Part shown: positions 36,454 to 39,870 of the stretch, piece after piece
Numbering within the stretch: the stretch's first letter is position 1
Layout of the letters: every line of letters starts with the position of its first letter
NCBI GenBank assembly: GCA_043797985.1
Contig: JAZDPB010000147.1
Span: 1-39,870, forward strand
Length of the DNA stretch: 39,870 nt
Direction of reading: 5' to 3'
Source of the DNA: Chloroflexota bacterium
GTDB lineage: Bacteria > Chloroflexota > Dehalococcoidia > Dehalococcoidales > UBA2162
Notes under the pieces: model-generated
Database searches by the model: none
The model's input: the letters and a program-made list of their open reading frames with translations, nothing else
Told to the model about the DNA's origin: nothing
Program-made: the position numbers and the translations under genes

Positions 36454-38307
36454 TTAACCTCTGGGATAAAGGTCTTTAGCAACATCGTCCAATCCTAATT
36501 CCTGTAGCTTTTTCTTACTTGGTTTGGTGGTTTTAGTGTCCCAGTCCATTGTCATCATATACTCATCAACCATTGTTTTCTCATCAACGGTCACACCAGC
36601 CAGAGGACCCGCTTTCTGTGGTGGAATACCCACTAATCTGTCCGGCACCTTAAACTTTAATGGGTTCAAACCCTCGCGCAGATTAAAGGCATGACGCATA
36701 TTGGCAATCCTCTCACCAGTTTTAAGCATATCGTTAAGAGTTACGTTCCATCCGGTGATAGCACTCATGAACTCAGGGACAGCTTGAGCGGTAGGTAGAG
36801 TAACATACATAAACATACACATCCCGGCGGAGTTCATAATGTGGGTTAGGTTGCTACCCCTCTTATGGCCTTCACCACGACCGCTGAAGGACTTGGGATT
36901 GAATTTGTCGACTAAGCCTGGCGGGACAAATCCTTCCGAACCCTGAGTATGGCGAGCCGGCGTTGCATCCATTCGGTAGGTTGTAGCATAGTGATATCCC
37001 AGCTTGGAGTCATGAGCCGGAAGTTCTTCCCCTTGAATATGCATCGCATATTTTTCTGACCCTTTCCCGATTTTCTCTGCCGCCTTCTTGACACCATCAG
37101 CAATAACAGCACCAAAGCCTTCTCTCCTGGCGAGTTTCTCCGTCATGGCAATAATCGATTGGTGATTACCCCAGGTCATCTCGATACCACCGGTATCCTC
37201 TTTCGTAATAAGCCCATTCTCATAGCATTCGATAGTAAAAGCGATGCTTGCTCCGGCTGAGATAGTATCGATGCCGGCGCGATTACAAATATCGTTGGCT
37301 TTAATTATCGATTCGACATTATTATTAAGGCAGTTGCTGCCGAACATACAGAGTGTTTCATATTCTGGCTTATGGGCTCCAGCCTCATATTCATATTCCT
37401 TGCCTTCTTTCATGAGGCCACCGCACCCAAAGGGACACCGGAAACAGGCATATTTCTTCGACTGCCGCTCCATGATTGGATCAAGCCCAATCGGAGCAGG
37501 ATTCGGGAAATCGACAACGCCAACACCACCCCAGTTCTTGACTGGCGAATCGCCATTGAGAGCAGATTGCGCAGTAATGGCTGGAGTACCAAAATCACGG
37601 AACATCTTGGCAAATGGCTCTCTCAGTTCAGTTATATATTTCCTTCGTAGCTCATTGGCTTTTGTTTCATCAGCCATCGGAATCTTCATATTGCCGATAA
37701 CTGCCACAGCCTTGACCTTCTTTGCTCCCATAACAGCACCTAAACCAGAGCGGCCTGCAGCTCTGCCTTTATTGTTCATGACTGCAGCGATGAGCGAAAG
37801 TTTCTCTCCGGCTGGACCAATACTGCATGAGTGAATATCCTTACCCAATTCGGCTTCGAGCGCATCCTCAGTTTCAAAGGTGTCCTTACCCCACAGGTGA
37901 GCTGCGTCTCTCAACTCAGCTTTGCCATTATTAATAAAAACATAGACCGGCTTTGGCGATATTCCGGTGAAGAAGACCCCATCGTAACCAGCGTATTTCA
38001 GAAAGGGGCCAAAATCCCCACCCGAGTTAGCATCCCCCCAGGTTCCGGTTAATGGCGATTTACCCACGACCACGTATCTGGTGCCTGATAGAGCAGGAGT
38101 GCCCGTAAATGGTCCCGTAAGAATCCCCAAGATAGCATCCGGGCCTAACGGGTCAACGCCACCCTTTTGGCGGGAATAGATAATTTTGGCACCCAACCCA
38201 TAGCCACCAATGAAATCCCGACAGAGCTTCTCATCCAGTGCTTCATCCTTTAGCTTCCCTTTGGAAAGGTCAACCCATAGTATCTTACCCATATAACCTC
38301 TGGACAT
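36454..38307 (-). CDS. aor: Aldehyde:ferredoxin oxidoreductase (tungstopterin family)
   Basis: KSPLTG, SIGPAGE, AAGRSGLGAVMGAKKVKA, CFRCPFGC, PEYET, GIDTIS, GMCMF. Confidence 0.93.
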   Translation of the reverse strand: MSRGYMGKILWVDLSKGKLKDEALDEKLCRDFIGGYGLGAKIIYSRQKGGVDPLGPDAILGILTGPFTGTPALSGTRYVVVGKSPLTGTWGDANSGGDFGPFLKYAGYDGVFFTGISPKPVYVFINNGKAELRDAAHLWGKDTFETEDALEAELGKDIHSCSIGPAGEKLSLIAAVMNNKGRAAGRSGLGAVMGAKKVKAVAVIGNMKIPMADETKANELRRKYITELREPFAKMFRDFGTPAITAQSALNGDSPVKNWGGVGVVDFPNPAPIGLDPIMERQSKKYACFRCPFGCGGLMKEGKEYEYEAGAHKPEYETLCMFGSNCLNNNVESIIKANDICNRAGIDTISAGASIAFTIECYENGLITKEDTGGIEMTWGNHQSIIAMTEKLARREGFGAVIADGVKKAAEKIGKGSEKYAMHIQGEELPAHDSKLGYHYATTYRMDATPARHTQGSEGFVPPGLVDKFNPKSFSGRGEGHKRGSNLTHIMNSAGMCMFMYVTLPTAQAVPEFMSAITGWNVTLNDMLKTGERIANMRHAFNLREGLNPLKFKVPDRLVGIPPQKAGPLAGVTVDEKTMVDEYMMTMDWDTKTTKPSKKKLQELGLDDVAKDLYPRG

Positions 38308-38343
38308 ATGAAACCTCCTCTCTTGCAGAATTCCTCGGTAGAG

Positions 38344-38373
38344 ACTATAGCATATCTTTCACCACACAGACAA
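38344..38373 (-). promoter_or_regulatory. sigma70-type promoter of aor
   Basis: Minus strand TTGTCT-18 bp-TATAGT with extended -10 TG; GAGGAGG RBS downstream. Confidence 0.45.
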
Positions 38374-38508
38374 TATGCTTGTTTACATGCAGCACCACTT
38401 ATCTAGGGAAATCCCACGGATGTGTGAAATAGATACACCGAGCTAGTAGCGGAAAAGGATGGTAAAAGCCAACATAGATAGAATATCGACGACTATGTTG
38501 AGCAAATT

Positions 38509-39345
38509 TTAGGTCCTATTGGGTTGCCACCAGACGTAAGCCCCACACATTCCGTCTGGCCAGACATAGGAGCCATCCTTAAACGTGAGACGGCGGGTAA
38601 GGACACTGCGAATATGCTTATCGTGTTCATTAGTTGACTTAAGATAAAGATGCCGTTTTGCCATCTCTAGGGCACTCTCTATGTCGGAGCTTGTCCAGTG
38701 GAAGACATCTTCCTCGACCAGAACGCTGGCGAAGATTCCCATGGAATAAAGGGCATTATAGGCGATGATGAAATTCGGGCTATCATTTGGATTGCCGTAG
38801 ATGTCACGGGATATTTCTGCCATGATGCCCGTCGGTGTAATGAGCCGCAGCGATAGGTAGCACCTTCTTCGGGCAGACTTCTCCATTTTTCGGACAAACC
38901 CCGCGAAATCCGTACTGCCGTACATGGCATGGGCGCAGATAGCAATGTCGTGGGGTACAACTTCTGCTTCTTCCCAGATCTTTTGGATGATTCTTATGTT
39001 CTTTAAACCTTCCACATGGGATTTTTCTAAAAGAATATCCGACATTGCTTTTGCAGGCTCGACCACTGTAACCTCCCTAGCAACCTTAGCCAGTGGAATG
39101 GCGAGCCTTCCAGTGCCGCCGCCAATATCAAGCACCGTCTCATGAGGCTTCAGGTCCTTTTGAAGCAGTTCGAGGAAGACCTGTCTCTTTTCCCGACTTT
39201 TTCTTCTTGAGCCAGCCTCAAATTCTTGAGCCCGCTCCTTACTCGCAAATGAGCCACCGGCTTCTCCCTGGCTATGTTGAGCATTGGCCAAACCCCACCA
39301 GAGCGAAAGCCAATCTGTTTCTCCTGGAAGCTGCCCCGATAACAT
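38509..39345 (-). CDS. Class I SAM-dependent methyltransferase
   Basis: VLDIGGGTG, VTVVEP..AM, WEE, DIAICAH; ATG 39345 follows AAGGAGG (the ORF track starts at 39390). Confidence 0.87.
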   Translation of the reverse strand: MLSGQLPGETDWLSLWWGLANAQHSQGEAGGSFASKERAQEFEAGSRRKSREKRQVFLELLQKDLKPHETVLDIGGGTGRLAIPLAKVAREVTVVEPAKAMSDILLEKSHVEGLKNIRIIQKIWEEAEVVPHDIAICAHAMYGSTDFAGFVRKMEKSARRRCYLSLRLITPTGIMAEISRDIYGNPNDSPNFIIAYNALYSMGIFASVLVEEDVFHWTSSDIESALEMAKRHLYLKSTNEHDKHIRSVLTRRLTFKDGSYVWPDGMCGAYVWWQPNRT

Positions 39346-39393
39346 TTTCCCCTCCTTTACCTTTATCATGCCCGGAAGAGATAAGCCCATACC

Positions 39394-39582
39394 CTAGGCT
39401 TTATGAGGCTTTCCGAAAAGACCGAGCTGACAGTCAGAGACCCGGATGCCGAGTTTATCTACGGCCTGACCGACCTCTTTCAGTTCGAGATTTAAATCCT
39501 TTGCGATTGTAAAGGCAGCCGGGCAGGGTAAGCGTCCGTTAATTAAAGCTAATTTTATTCTTGTTTCCAGCTGATTATTCAT
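39394..39582 (-). CDS. Small conserved-looking protein with LPC and CQLGLF motifs
   Basis: GRLPCPAAF.IA......EVG...DKLGIR.SDCQLGLFG, a pattern I recall from small proteins of anaerobes; function unknown. Confidence 0.75.
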   Translation of the reverse strand: MNNQLETRIKLALINGRLPCPAAFTIAKDLNLELKEVGQAVDKLGIRVSDCQLGLFGKPHKA

Positions 39583-39614
39583 TATTATGCCCTTCTTAAC
39601 TATTTTAATTTAAT

Positions 39615-39870
39615 CTAAACTCTCATGGGCAGGGTACGGTTATGAAGTTTCACGGCGATAATCCAGGAAACCACAGTAAAGAGCGCAATAGCACCGAGGT
39701 TTACTGGAGCCGGATACAAATTCTGACCACCGGTAGCATAGCGGGCAAGGTCGGTAAAGTAAGTAAGGGGAGAAATATTAGCGATGATTCTGGCGACGGT
39801 GGGGAGTTGGCTTAAAGGAACAAAGACACCGCTGATGAACATGAGTGGGAACTTGACTAGCGTGCCAAGC
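39615..39870 (-). CDS. ABC-2 type transporter permease, C-terminal part (runs off the window)
   Basis: FPLMFISGVFVPLSQLP...ISPLTYFTDLAR; frame is open to the window end. Confidence 0.85.
   Translation of the reverse strand, partial: LGTLVKFPLMFISGVFVPLSQLPTVARIIANISPLTYFTDLARYATGGQNLYPAPVNLGAIALFTVVSWIIAVKLHNRTLPMRV

Noticed and set aside
37244-37834. Long antisense ORFs (this one, plus 21464..22054, 28823..29335, 4874..5356 and 14781..15191)
   Set aside because: They lie opposite well-supported genes and show no recognisable motifs or RBS; typical antisense shadows.
38470-38500. CAACATAG...CTATGTTG inverted repeat as a terminator after the methyltransferase
   Set aside because: The 8-bp AT-rich stem with a 15-nt loop is too weak to support a call.

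Overview
A ~40 kb chromosomal window from an anaerobic bacterium. Gene content and protein style suggest Dehalococcoidia/Chloroflexota, which is inference only. It has three parts. (1) 1-1.2 kb: a tRNA-Gly(CCC) with a tyrosine-integrase N-terminus (missing from the ORF track) starting 31 nt past its 3' end, probably the edge of an integrated element, plus a HAD hydrolase. (2) ~1.3-24.5 kb: a redox/stress region with intact hrb, usp, class II SOR, fprA, Lon-like protease, Crp/Fnr regulator, ferredoxin, Hsp20, rtcB-archease-UDG, CDF transporter and iscS-iscU-dsrE-tusA-RACE. It is interleaved with about ten gene remnants: a wrbA/glgC/tpx triple chimera, internally deleted korA, truncated korB fused to an acsE-like tail, a trpS tail, frameshifted lpd and MBL-rhodanese genes, and a mini-nrdJ. 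Two regulatory grammars are visible. One is a 48-bp motif present four times, each followed by a -10 box. The other is Crp-type GTGA-N6-TCAC sites at about -41.5, one of which sits in front of an unannotated small transcript or peptide at 18.8-19.0 kb. (3) 24.6-39.9 kb, minus strand: AOR followed by an apparent operon of acyl-CoA dehydrogenase, fixC-X-A-B, a Tat-exported ArrA/ArxA-like molybdopterin-family subunit that appears to lack the Mo-ligating Cys, its FeS and NrfD partners, a ferredoxin and a membrane HdrD/ETF:quinone-oxidoreductase-like protein. This operon is the best candidate for an undescribed system. All family assignments come from motif recognition by eye; no database searches were run.
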